Source: Candidatus Hermodarchaeota archaeon
GTDB taxonomy: Archaea > Asgardarchaeota > Hermodarchaeia > Hermodarchaeales > Hermodarchaeaceae
DNA: 64,000 bases
Reading direction: 5' to 3'
Assembly: GCA_016839805.1 (NCBI GenBank)
Contig: JAEOTO010000033.1
Location: 14,242-78,241 of the forward strand
The notes under the pieces were generated by a model. The model saw nothing but the letters and a program-made list of their open reading frames with translations, searched no databases and had not been told where the DNA came from. Position 1 is the stretch's first letter; each line of letters starts with the position of its first letter. Position numbers and translations under genes: made by a program. Positions 37,771-47,888 of the stretch are shown here, piece by piece.

Positions 37771-39168
37771 ATGACTACGAAAGACACTGATGCAATTCTA
37801 GCAACCCCTCGGACTCGCATCACTAAGCATGTAATATGCCCATTTTGTGGTTGTCTCTGTGACGACATTGAAGTTGCGGTAACCATGACCGGACCCCTCC
37901 CACGAGTTCCTGAAGGCACCATTGTTGAAGCCTTGAATGCGTGTCGAATCGGACATACTAAGTTCTTGAAGGTTCGAGATGAGTATCGTATTTACAAACC
38001 AGAGCTACGGTCCGGTTCGGATAAATCCGAGGTAAAACATGTGTCCATTGAAGAGGCTGTACAGGCAGCAGCAAAGATACTTGCGAATGCTAAACGCCCT
38101 GTGATCTATGGCTTGGCGAGTACCTCTAATGAAGCAAATGTCAAAGCCTTAGAACTGGCTGAAGTATCAGGCGCTATTGTAGATAATACCTCATCTGTGT
38201 GTCATGGTCCAGGGATTGAAGCGGTCCAACGTGTAGGGATTGGCACCGCTACCTTAGGTAAAATCAAGAACTATTCAGATTTGATTATTTATTGGGGTTG
38301 CAATCCAATTGCCGCCCATCCACGTCATACACGACGGTATTCGCAATTCATTGAAGGTCTCTTCCGACAGGTCGAAGATCGTAAGATCTATCACATCGAT
38401 GTTCGCCCTACACGGTTCTCTGATCAAGTCACTAATTTCATTCAAGTTGAACCTAACAAAGATTATGAGTTATTACAAGCGGTACGATCTTTGCTTCGTG
38501 GACATGAATTACAGGCTTCAGAAGTTGCAGGAGTTCCCATGCGACAGGTTCGTGAGTTAACAGCGGATTTAAAAAACGCCCAATTTACCACGATATTCTT
38601 TGGATTAGGACTAACACAGAGCCACGGAAAAGACCATAACATCTCAGTTGCCATCGACCTGACAGCCGATTTGAATCATTATACTAAAGCAGTAATTATG
38701 CCCTTGCGTGGACATTTCAACGTCACTGGATCTAACCATGTATCAACATGGACCTATGGGTATCCTTTTTCAGTTAGTCTTGAACATGGTGCTCCATATT
38801 ACATGCCCGGTGAAACCAGTGCAGTGGATGTATTAGTCCGGGGAGAAGCAGATGCATTCTTTGCAATCGCGGCAGATCCTGCAGCCTCATTTCCCGCATC
38901 CGCGGTCAAGCAAATGCTCAACATTCCTGTGATTGTCCTTGATCCGAAGCGGTGTGTTACAACAGAAATCGCTGATGTCGTCTTGCCTTCGGCGTACGTA
39001 GGGATTGAGGCTGATGGTGTTCAAACAGCATACCGAATGGATGGCATTCCCTTGCAACTGAGTAAAATTGTTGATGCTCCTGCAGGCATCAAAAGTGACG
39101 ATCAAATCCTTGATATGCTAGTCCGCGAGGTCTGCAAGCTAAAGGGCATAAAACGCTATCCCTATTAA
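37771..39168 (+). CDS. fwdB: Formylmethanofuran dehydrogenase subunit B (Mo/W-bisPGD)
   Basis: CPFCGCLCDD, SSVCHGP, WGCNP..AHPRH and LRGHFNV.G. Confidence 0.95.
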   Translation: MTTKDTDAILATPRTRITKHVICPFCGCLCDDIEVAVTMTGPLPRVPEGTIVEALNACRIGHTKFLKVRDEYRIYKPELRSGSDKSEVKHVSIEEAVQAAAKILANAKRPVIYGLASTSNEANVKALELAEVSGAIVDNTSSVCHGPGIEAVQRVGIGTATLGKIKNYSDLIIYWGCNPIAAHPRHTRRYSQFIEGLFRQVEDRKIYHIDVRPTRFSDQVTNFIQVEPNKDYELLQAVRSLLRGHELQASEVAGVPMRQVRELTADLKNAQFTTIFFGLGLTQSHGKDHNISVAIDLTADLNHYTKAVIMPLRGHFNVTGSNHVSTWTYGYPFSVSLEHGAPYYMPGETSAVDVLVRGEADAFFAIAADPAASFPASAVKQMLNIPVIVLDPKRCVTTEIADVVLPSAYVGIEADGVQTAYRMDGIPLQLSKIVDAPAGIKSDDQILDMLVREVCKLKGIKRYPY

Positions 39169-39836
39169 ACTTCCAACTTTTCAAGGATTTTAGTAATTGT
39201 CCAACTTTCAAAATTTGAGATAATGAAATCAGCTTCTGAAAGGTCATTTGACGGATTAGTAGTTGTCAGGGCAACACATCGCATCTTCGCAGCTTTGGCA
39301 GCGGCTACACCAATCGGTGAGTCTTCAAAAACAAGACATCGCGAAGGTCTAACCCCTAATGTTTGAGCGCCAAGAAGATAGGCTTCAGGATCTGGTTTCA
39401 ATCGAGTGACTTGAATTCCATCAACAATAGGATGGTTTCCTTCCAAACCTTGACTTTTCAGAGCCGCAGCAATATTTTGAGGGTGACCCGTGCTTACAAA
39501 GGCGATAAGCAATTTGGCATCTACAACCGAGTGATAGAATGCAAGAAATCCTGGAACCGAGTTTAGGTCACCGGATGCCACATGTTCACGGTAAAGGGCA
39601 CGGCGTTTATCAACCCAAAGCTTGTAATCTTCAGTGATTCCATGTTCTTTGAATAGAGTGGTCATGATTGAGACTGAACCCACTCCGAGAAACCGTGATT
39701 TCCATTCCTTCTCGGTAATATGTATATCTAGAGAGGCTAATAACTCATTGAAGGTCGCTAGGTGAAGAAGTTCACTTTCAACCACAACTCCGTCAACATC
39801 AAACAAAACAGCTTCAATTTGTTGTCTAGTGAACAT
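39165..39836 (-). CDS. HAD-family phosphatase (beta-phosphoglucomutase-like)
   Basis: FDVDGVVVES, KPDPE and VFEDS..G. Confidence 0.9.
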   Translation of the reverse strand: MFTRQQIEAVLFDVDGVVVESELLHLATFNELLASLDIHITEKEWKSRFLGVGSVSIMTTLFKEHGITEDYKLWVDKRRALYREHVASGDLNSVPGFLAFYHSVVDAKLLIAFVSTGHPQNIAAALKSQGLEGNHPIVDGIQVTRLKPDPEAYLLGAQTLGVRPSRCLVFEDSPIGVAAAKAAKMRCVALTTTNPSNDLSEADFIISNFESWTITKILEKLEV

Positions 39837-39844
39837 GGATTAAA

Positions 39845-40627
39845 CTATCTCCGTTCATGATTGAAAAGAAAGTGTTCGAGGTCCTCCAAGGTTCCCGAAC
39901 CATCGATTCGATATTGAAAGCGTTTAGCTTCTTTTTTAGCAGAATTGCCAATCTCTTTGGATAGAATACCTAGCCGTCCCTTTTCTTGATCAAGATCCAC
40001 AAGGAAAGTTGTCATACTCAAAGCCGAGGCAGACATATCGCTGATGGAATCATTGCCTGCCATGAGGCATTCCTTGGGTTTTCGATTGATAAGGTCTAAG
40101 ATGGTTTGATAGTATTCTGGACGGGGTTTACAGTAAGACATGTTTTCAGCGTGTGTCATAAGGGTGATCTTCAAATCCGCAATATTTGCCCATCCAAGTC
40201 TGGTGCGAGATGCTAGTTCAGGGAAGATAGGATTGGTGGCAATCACCACTTGAATTCCAGCGTCTAATACTCTTTTGAGCAATTCCCGCCCATAAGGAAC
40301 CACAATTACAGTATCTCCCAGTTCATGAAATTTCTCTTCATAGAATTGCTTAAATCGGTTATTACATTCTTCGTAGCCAAGGGACAGCGTGTCTGCAATG
40401 AAATTATTGGTGAAAGCTTCAACGTTAGTTTGGCTACCATCATTTTGAATCATCTGCAGCGTGGATTTGAGAAGTTTTTGAAAGAAGGTGGCTTCATCAA
40501 AAAATTCCGAAAGGTAAGGATAAGCGAGTTTGGCATAGGCAACGAGGAACTGGTCCTCATTGAAAAGCACAAGGGTGTTGTCGAAATCGATTAGTAGAGC
40601 CTTGATTGTCAAATGATGGTGCCCCAT
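39845..40627 (-). CDS. HAD-family hydrolase
   Basis: DFDNTL, ATNPIFP, KPRPEYY and MAGND...D. Confidence 0.88.
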   Translation of the reverse strand: MGHHHLTIKALLIDFDNTLVLFNEDQFLVAYAKLAYPYLSEFFDEATFFQKLLKSTLQMIQNDGSQTNVEAFTNNFIADTLSLGYEECNNRFKQFYEEKFHELGDTVIVVPYGRELLKRVLDAGIQVVIATNPIFPELASRTRLGWANIADLKITLMTHAENMSYCKPRPEYYQTILDLINRKPKECLMAGNDSISDMSASALSMTTFLVDLDQEKGRLGILSKEIGNSAKKEAKRFQYRIDGSGTLEDLEHFLFNHERR

Positions 40628-40671
40628 TGTTAGCGATTATTCATAAAAGGAGGCAAGGGTGTTTTTTATTT

Positions 40672-41127
40672 TCAGGATTCACTAACACCTTTGACCTCGA
40701 TGTTTAATTTTGATGCGATATTTTGAATAAAGAATGTAATAGCAAAAGGAAGCGCGTTATATTCTTCTTGAAACCCTTCAAAGCTAAGCGAGTGAACCCC
40801 TTCATGGCCAATCACACCAACTCCCCCATCCGATGAGACGAAATATTTTACTTCAGCTAATTGTCCATTTGCTTCAAGAAGCGCCTTATACAGTTTGAGT
40901 TTATCCACTGATTTTACTGCATCAGCATCAACGATAGTAACGAAGAACCGCACCCATTTATCACCACGGTCAATAATTAAGAAGAATCGTCGTTCTTCGA
41001 TTTGGTATGGGAGTATAATACGATCCTCAGTTGAAATTACGCGGTAGGTTAGATTCATTTCTTTAAGATAGCCTTCAATTTTTTCCATTGTTGTCGTCAT
41101 GAAATTAACCTCAGTAGAAAGAACCAT
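40672..41127 (-). CDS. YbjN / type III chaperone-like fold protein, copy 1
   Basis: LYKALLEAN.QLAEVKYF...G.VG; paralog of the next ORF. Confidence 0.6.
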   Translation of the reverse strand: MVLSTEVNFMTTTMEKIEGYLKEMNLTYRVISTEDRIILPYQIEERRFFLIIDRGDKWVRFFVTIVDADAVKSVDKLKLYKALLEANGQLAEVKYFVSSDGGVGVIGHEGVHSLSFEGFQEEYNALPFAITFFIQNIASKLNIEVKGVSES

Positions 41128-41184
41128 TCATGTCCAGCGTTAGAAAAACGTTTCTTCTCATAAGCGGTTAACGGGGCTCTGGAA

Positions 41185-41649
41185 TCATGAGTAAATGGAT
41201 AAATCATCATGGGAAGGTGGTTTGAGAGAAAGATTCAGGTTCTTCGCAATAGTGGTTATGAAGTAGACAACTCCATAGGGAATGGCTCCAAATTCTTCGC
41301 GAAATCCATCAATGGTCAATATCTTTACACCTTCATGTCCTACGATTCCTACATCGCCCTTTTCGGTAATGAAATATTTCACTTCAGCTAATTGTTCATT
41401 CGCTTCCAAAAGTTTGCGATACAACGTGACCTGCTTTTTCTTGCTCTGTATCAGGTCATGTCGCATAACGAGAGTCCAGAAGCGGACGAAATGCTTTGAA
41501 ACATCAATTATTACGTCATACTTCAGCTTCTCTTCAGGCACTGAATAGGGAACTATTATCCGCTGGATTTTCCCTTCAACGGGTTTGATCTCATAGGAGA
41601 GCTTCATTGATTTGAGGTAAGTGGTCACGATATCAAGGATTTCTGACAT
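41185..41649 (-). CDS. YbjN / type III chaperone-like fold protein, copy 2
   Basis: LYRKLLEAN.QLAEVKYF...GDVG. Confidence 0.6.
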   Translation of the reverse strand: MSEILDIVTTYLKSMKLSYEIKPVEGKIQRIIVPYSVPEEKLKYDVIIDVSKHFVRFWTLVMRHDLIQSKKKQVTLYRKLLEANEQLAEVKYFITEKGDVGIVGHEGVKILTIDGFREEFGAIPYGVVYFITTIAKNLNLSLKPPSHDDLSIYS

Positions 41650-41730
41650 TGAAGCTTCTCCATGAGTTAACGAATAGTCAACAGAACTTAAACGGGTTAA
41701 AAAATGCTATCTAAGAATCATCAGATCAGT

Positions 41731-41762
41731 AAAAAATTAGAGAGAGGTGCAATACTGCACCT
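41731..41762 (-). terminator. Putative terminator hairpin after the MFS gene
   Basis: AGGTGCA/TGCACCT 7-bp stem followed by a T6 run on the minus strand. Confidence 0.45.
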
Positions 41763-41770
41763 TGAGAAAG

Positions 41771-43105
41771 TTATTCTTGAACAGCTAGCTTTTCCTCTTC
41801 ACCAGCTTCCCCACTTTTCACTCCTAACATTAGTAGAAAAGCGATGATAAGGACAACGACGCTAAATGGCCACATTAGAACGTAGTTACCAAGTGGTTGT
41901 CCAATCAGGACTCCACCATACCAAATGATTGCTCCGCAAAGCACTGGACCCACCATAGCAGCTAGCGATGCAAAGAGATAGTAAATTCCGGTAAAGGAAC
42001 CCATTCGACGTTTCCCAATCTCCCATACTAGTACGATGGATTGGACGTTAATCATCGCCCAGAATATACCAGCAATTAGGAGAAGTGCCATTGTAAAAAT
42101 GTAGATCATAGTCGGAGCGAGAATTGGTACAAATGGAATTATCCCGATGCAGATAGCAAAACCAACGATGCCTATCATAATCGCTTTTTTCCGGCTAATC
42201 ACATTGGCTATGAAACCAGCTGGGATGGCAAAGAGAACGAAGGTGAGTGCAAAGGCAGTGAGCATGAATCCAGCACTGGCACGATCGATTAGCAAGACGT
42301 TTTCACCATATAAGGTGAAGAAAGCCTCCAGAGCCTGATAAGCCAGAAACCAGGAGAAGATAGCAAATAGAATGTAAATACCTGTTCGATCTTTACTTCG
42401 AAAGACTTCTTTGACGGCAGGCGCGATACCAAGGTCTTTTCGCTCTTCAACATCCTCTGGTACTGGGGGTTCCTTGAGACGCCACATTATAATGAGGAGA
42501 CTAAGTACCATGATTAGTGATGCAAAACTGAAAGAGATGAGCGGTCCAATGGGAATCCAACCGATATAACCTGGAAGTCTATAGAGAGTTGTACCCACAG
42601 CGAATGCAATGATTGACCCAATTCCACCCATGAGATTAATGACACCGTTCGCTTTAGTTCGGTGTTCGGAAGGCGTGAAATCCGGCATTAATGCAACGGT
42701 TGGTGCGCGATAGATAGCCATGGACACATTAAAGATAGCAATTATTGCAATAAGTACCCAGAAGCCCCAAGTATAGGGAATAGCTCCTGCGATGGGAATG
42801 AAGATGAAGAAGACGGAAGCCAGGGGAATACCCACCAAGAGATAGGGCATTCGTCGACCCCATCGTGTTCGAGTTTTATCTGATCTACCCCCGATAATAG
42901 GCTGCAAAATAAACGCGGTAATATTATCGAGAACCATTACCAGACCAATAATCAAAGGAACAGGGATTAAGAAAGCGAACACACCAATGAAATCCTGAAT
43001 ATAGGGTCCCAGGAATGTGTTGTAAAGTGACCAAGAAAGAGCAGTCGTGAAAAAGCCCAGTCCAATGATGAATGTAAGACTCCAACTGAATTTTTGTTCA
43101 GCCAT
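41771..43105 (-). CDS. MFS transporter (GPH/SLC45-like sugar transporter)
   Basis: 12 TM helices; QPIIG..SD.TRTRWGRRMPY and VALMPD.TP...R.KANG. Confidence 0.9.
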   Translation of the reverse strand: MAEQKFSWSLTFIIGLGFFTTALSWSLYNTFLGPYIQDFIGVFAFLIPVPLIIGLVMVLDNITAFILQPIIGGRSDKTRTRWGRRMPYLLVGIPLASVFFIFIPIAGAIPYTWGFWVLIAIIAIFNVSMAIYRAPTVALMPDFTPSEHRTKANGVINLMGGIGSIIAFAVGTTLYRLPGYIGWIPIGPLISFSFASLIMVLSLLIIMWRLKEPPVPEDVEERKDLGIAPAVKEVFRSKDRTGIYILFAIFSWFLAYQALEAFFTLYGENVLLIDRASAGFMLTAFALTFVLFAIPAGFIANVISRKKAIMIGIVGFAICIGIIPFVPILAPTMIYIFTMALLLIAGIFWAMINVQSIVLVWEIGKRRMGSFTGIYYLFASLAAMVGPVLCGAIIWYGGVLIGQPLGNYVLMWPFSVVVLIIAFLLMLGVKSGEAGEEEKLAVQE

Positions 43106-43213
43106 TGCTTCACACCATCATCTTAACATAAGCTCCTCTTAGCATGTAGAGAAGCGTAACCAGCAATCTAGAAGGTTCTCCACTTAAGTGTAACACCATA
43201 GTGGACAAAAAAA

Positions 43214-43402
43214 TTAGGCTGAAAGAGGGATTGATCGCCCGCAGTTGCGACATCGGGCGTGTTTCTCTTTGGTGAGTAGCCAGTTGTATAGTTTGCGGTG
43301 GATTAGGTTGATATGGCCGCAGACAGGGCAAGTGATGGGTTTTGTGACAGCGCGTTGTTTGGAAGAAGTCACGCTGGACTCCATCACAGTTATTTTCATC
43401 AC
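43214..43402 (-). CDS. Small zinc-ribbon protein
   Basis: CPVCG...CRNCG; TATA-like TTTAAATA upstream. Confidence 0.6.
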   Translation of the reverse strand: MMKITVMESSVTSSKQRAVTKPITCPVCGHINLIHRKLYNWLLTKEKHARCRNCGRSIPLSA

Positions 43403-43702
43403 GTCCCTTTTTTTTCACTCAATCTAATCGCTTTCGGGCGGATATTTAAACCCTTGCTTTTCGGTATACGGCGACATTATCCCCTGATTCCCGTAAAATA
43501 GACTTATCCTGTGTTTTTTCGTGTTTTGAAGGATTTAAGCCGACTAAGAGGCGTATTCGGGATTTAAGGAATTCTAAAAGCATTATTTTTATACTCAGTA
43601 ATACCCGGAACACTTCATACACACCACACTGACAACCGACGAGCTATTATAGGTAGCTGTCAGAAAAGAATCGCCCCCACTAGTTTTGGATGAGGAGCAG
43701 AA

Positions 43703-44101
43703 ATGTCACTAAGCAATGAAGATCTAATCGTACGAGCTCGACACGCCCAACAAAATGCTTATGCACCATATTCTCAGTTCAAAGTTGGTGCTGCCATAGT
43801 TACCGAGGATGGACAGGTCTTCACCGGTTGTAATGTGGAAAACTCGACATTCGGAGCGACAAGTTGTGCGGAGCGAAATGCTGTGTATTGTGCGATTTGT
43901 GCTGGTGCTCAAGTCTTTACTAAGATCGTAATAGTGACTGATTCCGAAGAACCAGTGATGCCCTGTGGAATTTGTCGACAGGTATTGTACGAATTCAACC
44001 CCGATATAGAAATCATAGCTGTTAATGCGTCTGGGAAAAAAGATCGTGTACGCCTTTCGGAGATTTTGCCTAAAGGCTTTGAATTGGAAAAAAAGAGGTA
44101 A
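43703..44101 (+). CDS. cdd: Cytidine deaminase (homotetrameric type)
   Basis: AYAPYS.F.VGAA, GCNVEN, CAER and PCGICRQ. Confidence 0.95.
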   Translation: MSLSNEDLIVRARHAQQNAYAPYSQFKVGAAIVTEDGQVFTGCNVENSTFGATSCAERNAVYCAICAGAQVFTKIVIVTDSEEPVMPCGICRQVLYEFNPDIEIIAVNASGKKDRVRLSEILPKGFELEKKR

Positions 44102-44102
44102 A

Positions 44103-44468
44103 CTAAGCGTTTCGCGTCATTGTGGTGCGAATGTACTTGAAAACTAGCACAAGCAATTCTATGTCCATCACGGGTCCGAAGGCGATGCGTTGGGTATCGT
44201 TGGGTTCGGCGTAAAGGAAAACATTGGCGTTCTTCTTCACGATGACACTAGCTTGGTTGGCTTCAGCGTAGACATCCATGCCTTGAAAGAATTGTTTAAC
44301 GTATTCGATATCAAGAGGCCGGCTGAGTTGGATGTTAGCATAGCCGGATTCAGTACAGTGAATTTTCATTTTCCCTAGAAAGAGCGCGTCATCAGCGACG
44401 GCGGGTTCAGCCTCCTGTAAAAGGGAGAGGAGGGTTTGTTTAACCAAGTCTTTCCTCGCCATTATCAT
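44103..44468 (-). CDS. Hypothetical protein
   Basis: 121-aa ORF filling the gap with protein-like composition; no family recognised. Confidence 0.55.
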   Translation of the reverse strand: MIMARKDLVKQTLLSLLQEAEPAVADDALFLGKMKIHCTESGYANIQLSRPLDIEYVKQFFQGMDVYAEANQASVIVKKNANVFLYAEPNDTQRIAFGPVMDIELLVLVFKYIRTTMTRNA

Positions 44469-44606
44469 CCCGCCAGCTATAGTGTTGGTTCTCCATTATT
44501 TCAACGATGTCATGCTATGCCTAGTTTTGCGTCCAATTAAGTTTTCTCGTAGCGCATCAGTCGGGTTTTAATACGACAGGTAAACGCAGGAGAATCCGTT
44601 ATTGTA

Positions 44607-44984
44607 TTGCTATATAAGTATTCAATACCCGGTGATAAAACGATGATTGCTGACCGTTATGATGAACGTCCGGAAGAAACTGTCACAATGTATGGTGCGA
44701 CGGGCACCACGATTCGATGGTTAATCAATAAGGATAATGGGGCCAGGACCTTTGCGATGCGCCGGTTTGAAGTACAACCGGGTGGAGAAATCCCCTTGCA
44801 CGATCATGATGCAGACCATGAGATTTACATTCTCTCAGGAGAAGGGATTGCGTTTACCGAGGAACAGGAAATTACTATTAAACCAGATATGTTTGTATAC
44901 GTTCCACCAAATGAGGCACATGGCTATCGGAATACAGGTGATAGCCCCTTGATCTTTTTGTGTGTGATTCCGCTCTTAGAGTAA
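44607..44984 (+). CDS. Cupin domain protein
   Basis: PLHDHDADHEIYILSG and PPNEAHGYRNTG; start probably at MIAD. Confidence 0.9.
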   Translation: MLYKYSIPGDKTMIADRYDERPEETVTMYGATGTTIRWLINKDNGARTFAMRRFEVQPGGEIPLHDHDADHEIYILSGEGIAFTEEQEITIKPDMFVYVPPNEAHGYRNTGDSPLIFLCVIPLLE

Positions 44985-45004
44985 TAGCATGGAAAACGCG
45001 ATTA

Positions 45005-45880
45005 CTAAGTCAGTTTTCGCCGTAATCGTCGTCCCGTAGGCGTGTTAGCTAGTCCACCAAGAGCAGTTTCACGTAGACTCTCAGGCAAGGCTTGACCGAC
45101 TTCTCGCATTGCTCCGATTACTTCATCAACAGGAATACGGCTTTTTATGCCTGTTAAGGCTAAATCAGCAGCAAGGAAAGCCTGCATGAGAGCTCCTGCG
45201 TTTCGAAGGATGCAGGGTACTTCAACTAGACCCGCTACGGGATCACAGACTAAACCTAACATGTTAATTAACGTAAGAGCCACAGCGTGTCCGACCATAG
45301 TGGCGCTTCCTCCGGATAGTTCTGTCAATGCCCCTGCCGCCATAGCAGCGGCGACACCGCATTCGGCTTGACATCCGCCTTCAGCCCCCGATATAGATGC
45401 ATTCATCGAGCATACTATTCCAATACCTGCCGCTGTGAACAGGGCAGTGATAATCGTTTCTTCATCGATTTGTAGTCGTTCTTTAGCAAATAGTAAAGCC
45501 GCTGGAACGATTCCACAACTTCCCGCAGTGGGACAGGCTACGATCTTCCCCATGGCAGCGTTGACTTCAGCCACCCCTAAAGCTCTAGCAACTGCTTTGC
45601 CAACATCTGGGTTAAGGAATTTAGGTGTCCGAGCGAAGAACAGTTTGGCATCCCCTCCACTTAGACCACTGACAGAGCGAATGTTGTCAGTGACTCCACG
45701 GTCGAGTGCTTGTTTCATAACTTCCCATGAGATCACCATTTGTCCACGAATAGTACTTGGTGATTCATTTTCCTGTTCAGCTTCGATAGCCAGAACGATT
45801 TCACCGATAGGTTTTTTCTGGCGTCCAGCTAATCTGATGAGTTGTTTTATCGTCTCATAATACATCTTAAAGCACCTCAA
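45005..45880 (-). CDS. sdaAA: Fe-S L-serine dehydratase alpha subunit
   Basis: EVNAAMG.IVACPTAGSCG, SGAEGGCQAE and GLVCDPVAGLVEVPC. Confidence 0.95.
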   Translation of the reverse strand: MRCFKMYYETIKQLIRLAGRQKKPIGEIVLAIEAEQENESPSTIRGQMVISWEVMKQALDRGVTDNIRSVSGLSGGDAKLFFARTPKFLNPDVGKAVARALGVAEVNAAMGKIVACPTAGSCGIVPAALLFAKERLQIDEETIITALFTAAGIGIVCSMNASISGAEGGCQAECGVAAAMAAGALTELSGGSATMVGHAVALTLINMLGLVCDPVAGLVEVPCILRNAGALMQAFLAADLALTGIKSRIPVDEVIGAMREVGQALPESLRETALGGLANTPTGRRLRRKLT

Positions 45881-46560
45881 TAAATGGGAGGAATAATTCG
45901 GACGATTTGCGCTTTTTCCTCTAATTCCTTAATCGCCTCGGGTGGAAGAGGTTGGTCCATTTCGATAGCCATAGCGGCAAGACCACCTCGACGTTGCCGG
46001 CTGAGATTCATGGTGGAAATATTGACTTTGTGCTGAGAGATGATAGAAGTAGCTTTAGCTACTATGCCGGGTCGATCACTATGGATAGTGATGAGGGTAT
46101 GGTATTCACCTGAGAGTTGAATAGGCAAACCATTGAACTCTACAATACTGATGTTCCCTCCTCCAACAGAGATAGCTGTGATTTCAAAATGCATTCCACT
46201 GACACCAGCAATGAGAAGTCGAACAGTGTTGGGGTGATAGTCATCACCTAAGTCGACTTTTTGAAAATCTAATTTCATGTTCTGTTGTTTCGCAATTGCG
46301 AGGGAATCCTTAATTCGTTCATCAGCAGCATCAAAGCCTAGCAGCCCAGCCACAATTGCTTTGTCAGACCCATGACCCTTTCCGGTAAGCGCATAAGATC
46401 CATGGAACTGAATAATAGCCTCGTTAACGGGTTCTCCGAGGATGGCTAAGCTGATTTGTCCGATCCGCACAGCCGCAGCCGTGTGTGAACTCGATGGACC
46501 GATCATGATTGGCCCAATAATTTCGAAAACACTGTCAGCTTTGCCCATTATATCCACCAC
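45877..46560 (-). CDS. sdaAB: Fe-S L-serine dehydratase beta subunit with ACT domain
   Basis: IIGPIMIGPSSSHTA, TGKGHG.D, HPNT and SVGGG. Confidence 0.95.
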   Translation of the reverse strand: MVDIMGKADSVFEIIGPIMIGPSSSHTAAAVRIGQISLAILGEPVNEAIIQFHGSYALTGKGHGSDKAIVAGLLGFDAADERIKDSLAIAKQQNMKLDFQKVDLGDDYHPNTVRLLIAGVSGMHFEITAISVGGGNISIVEFNGLPIQLSGEYHTLITIHSDRPGIVAKATSIISQHKVNISTMNLSRQRRGGLAAMAIEMDQPLPPEAIKELEEKAQIVRIIPPIY

Positions 46561-46622
46561 CTATTGCTGGGTAAAATTTGTTCTTAAACGATTCGTCACT
46601 TCTTTGAAAGAAACCACCACTC

Positions 46623-46976
46623 TCACAAGGTTGCACAGAATCCCCGTTGACAATCTTCGAAGATTTCGATGAAGACGTGGTGAAAATACTGACAGGCTTT
46701 GACTAGACCCGTTCGACCGGATTCCGTGAGTTGATATTGAATCTCCCTTCCAGATCGATGCCCTTGGATCAACTTCTTGCTTTCAAGGTCCTTGAGGGCA
46801 GGATAAAGGGTTCCAGGAGTAGGTTTGGTTCCGCGACGGGCTTTAAGTTCTCGTGCAAGTTGTTGCCCATTCATTGGTCTTTTACTAAGCAACCATAGGA
46901 GCTGAAATGACAGAAAACCGCGCATGTCGCAGCAGTCTGGAGGGCAACATTGTTGGTCCTTGGTTTGGGAGGTCAT
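46623..46976 (-). CDS. PadR-family transcriptional regulator with Cys-rich N-terminus
   Basis: PTPGTLYPAL..L and YQLTESG; N-terminal CCPPDCC. Confidence 0.88.
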   Translation of the reverse strand: MTSQTKDQQCCPPDCCDMRGFLSFQLLWLLSKRPMNGQQLARELKARRGTKPTPGTLYPALKDLESKKLIQGHRSGREIQYQLTESGRTGLVKACQYFHHVFIEIFEDCQRGFCATL

Positions 46977-47049
46977 AGGACATATTGGACGCCCAATACA
47001 TTTAAATATTCTGATACGTTATCGGTCAAACAAGAGTTGGCGACTACGT

Positions 47050-47823
47050 ATGACTCAAGATAAGCCTGTTAGCAAAATGAACGATGAAGAACTCAAAGAA
47101 GAAGTCAAACGAGCTTACGCAGAGCTGGCGAAGGCTTCGAAAGGCTGTTGCACTGATAAGAGCTGCTGTGATAGTGGAAGTTCATGGTCACCTAGACAGA
47201 ACAGGGCTCGACTCTTTGGATATCCGGTCGATGAACTCCCTAAATCATTAACTGAATCCTATGCCGGTTGTGGAAACCCAGTAGCTTTGGCTAGTTTGAA
47301 GGAAGGAGAGGTCGTATTAGATCTTGGATCCGGAGCAGGACTCGACGCCTTCATGGCAGCTGAGACTGTTGGGGAGACTGGTAAAGTAATTGGCGTCGAC
47401 ATGACCCCAGAAATGGTCCAGAAAGCCGAAGAAAATGCAGAAACCATTGGAGTGAAAAATACCGAGTTTAGGCTGGGTGAAATTGAGAAGCTTCCTGTTG
47501 AAGATGAAATGGTTGATGTAATCATCAGTAACTGCGTAATAAATCTCGCTCCGAATAAGGCGAAAGTGTTTCAAGAAGCGTTTCGCGTTCTACGCCCAGG
47601 AGGGAGACTCATGGTCTCCGACATGGTTATTATCAAGCCACTCCCCGAGGATGTCCGTGAATCCATAAATTCATACACTGGATGTGTCGCAGGTGCGGTT
47701 TCAGAAACCGAGTATCTTGCTATAATTCGAGATGCTGGATTTGAACGGGTTAAAATTGTTGAGAAATCTGGAGCAGGATATGTAGCGAGCGCTAAAGTGG
47801 AAGCGTTTAAACCTCAAAATTAA
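47050..47823 (+). CDS. arsM: Arsenite methyltransferase
   Basis: GCGNP, VLDLGSGAG.D, GVDMTPEM, ISNCVINL and GCVAGA. Confidence 0.9.
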   Translation: MTQDKPVSKMNDEELKEEVKRAYAELAKASKGCCTDKSCCDSGSSWSPRQNRARLFGYPVDELPKSLTESYAGCGNPVALASLKEGEVVLDLGSGAGLDAFMAAETVGETGKVIGVDMTPEMVQKAEENAETIGVKNTEFRLGEIEKLPVEDEMVDVIISNCVINLAPNKAKVFQEAFRVLRPGGRLMVSDMVIIKPLPEDVRESINSYTGCVAGAVSETEYLAIIRDAGFERVKIVEKSGAGYVASAKVEAFKPQN

Positions 47824-47888
47824 TCGGGTAATTCTTTTTGATGGTCCATTGTCGTCTAAAAGTTAGTTCCCTGTGAATAATACTGCCT

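Noticed and set aside
43110-43418. 102-aa ORF overlapping the Zn-ribbon ORF
   Set aside because: The alternative frame, 43214-43402, has a clear CxxC...CxxC motif and is preferred
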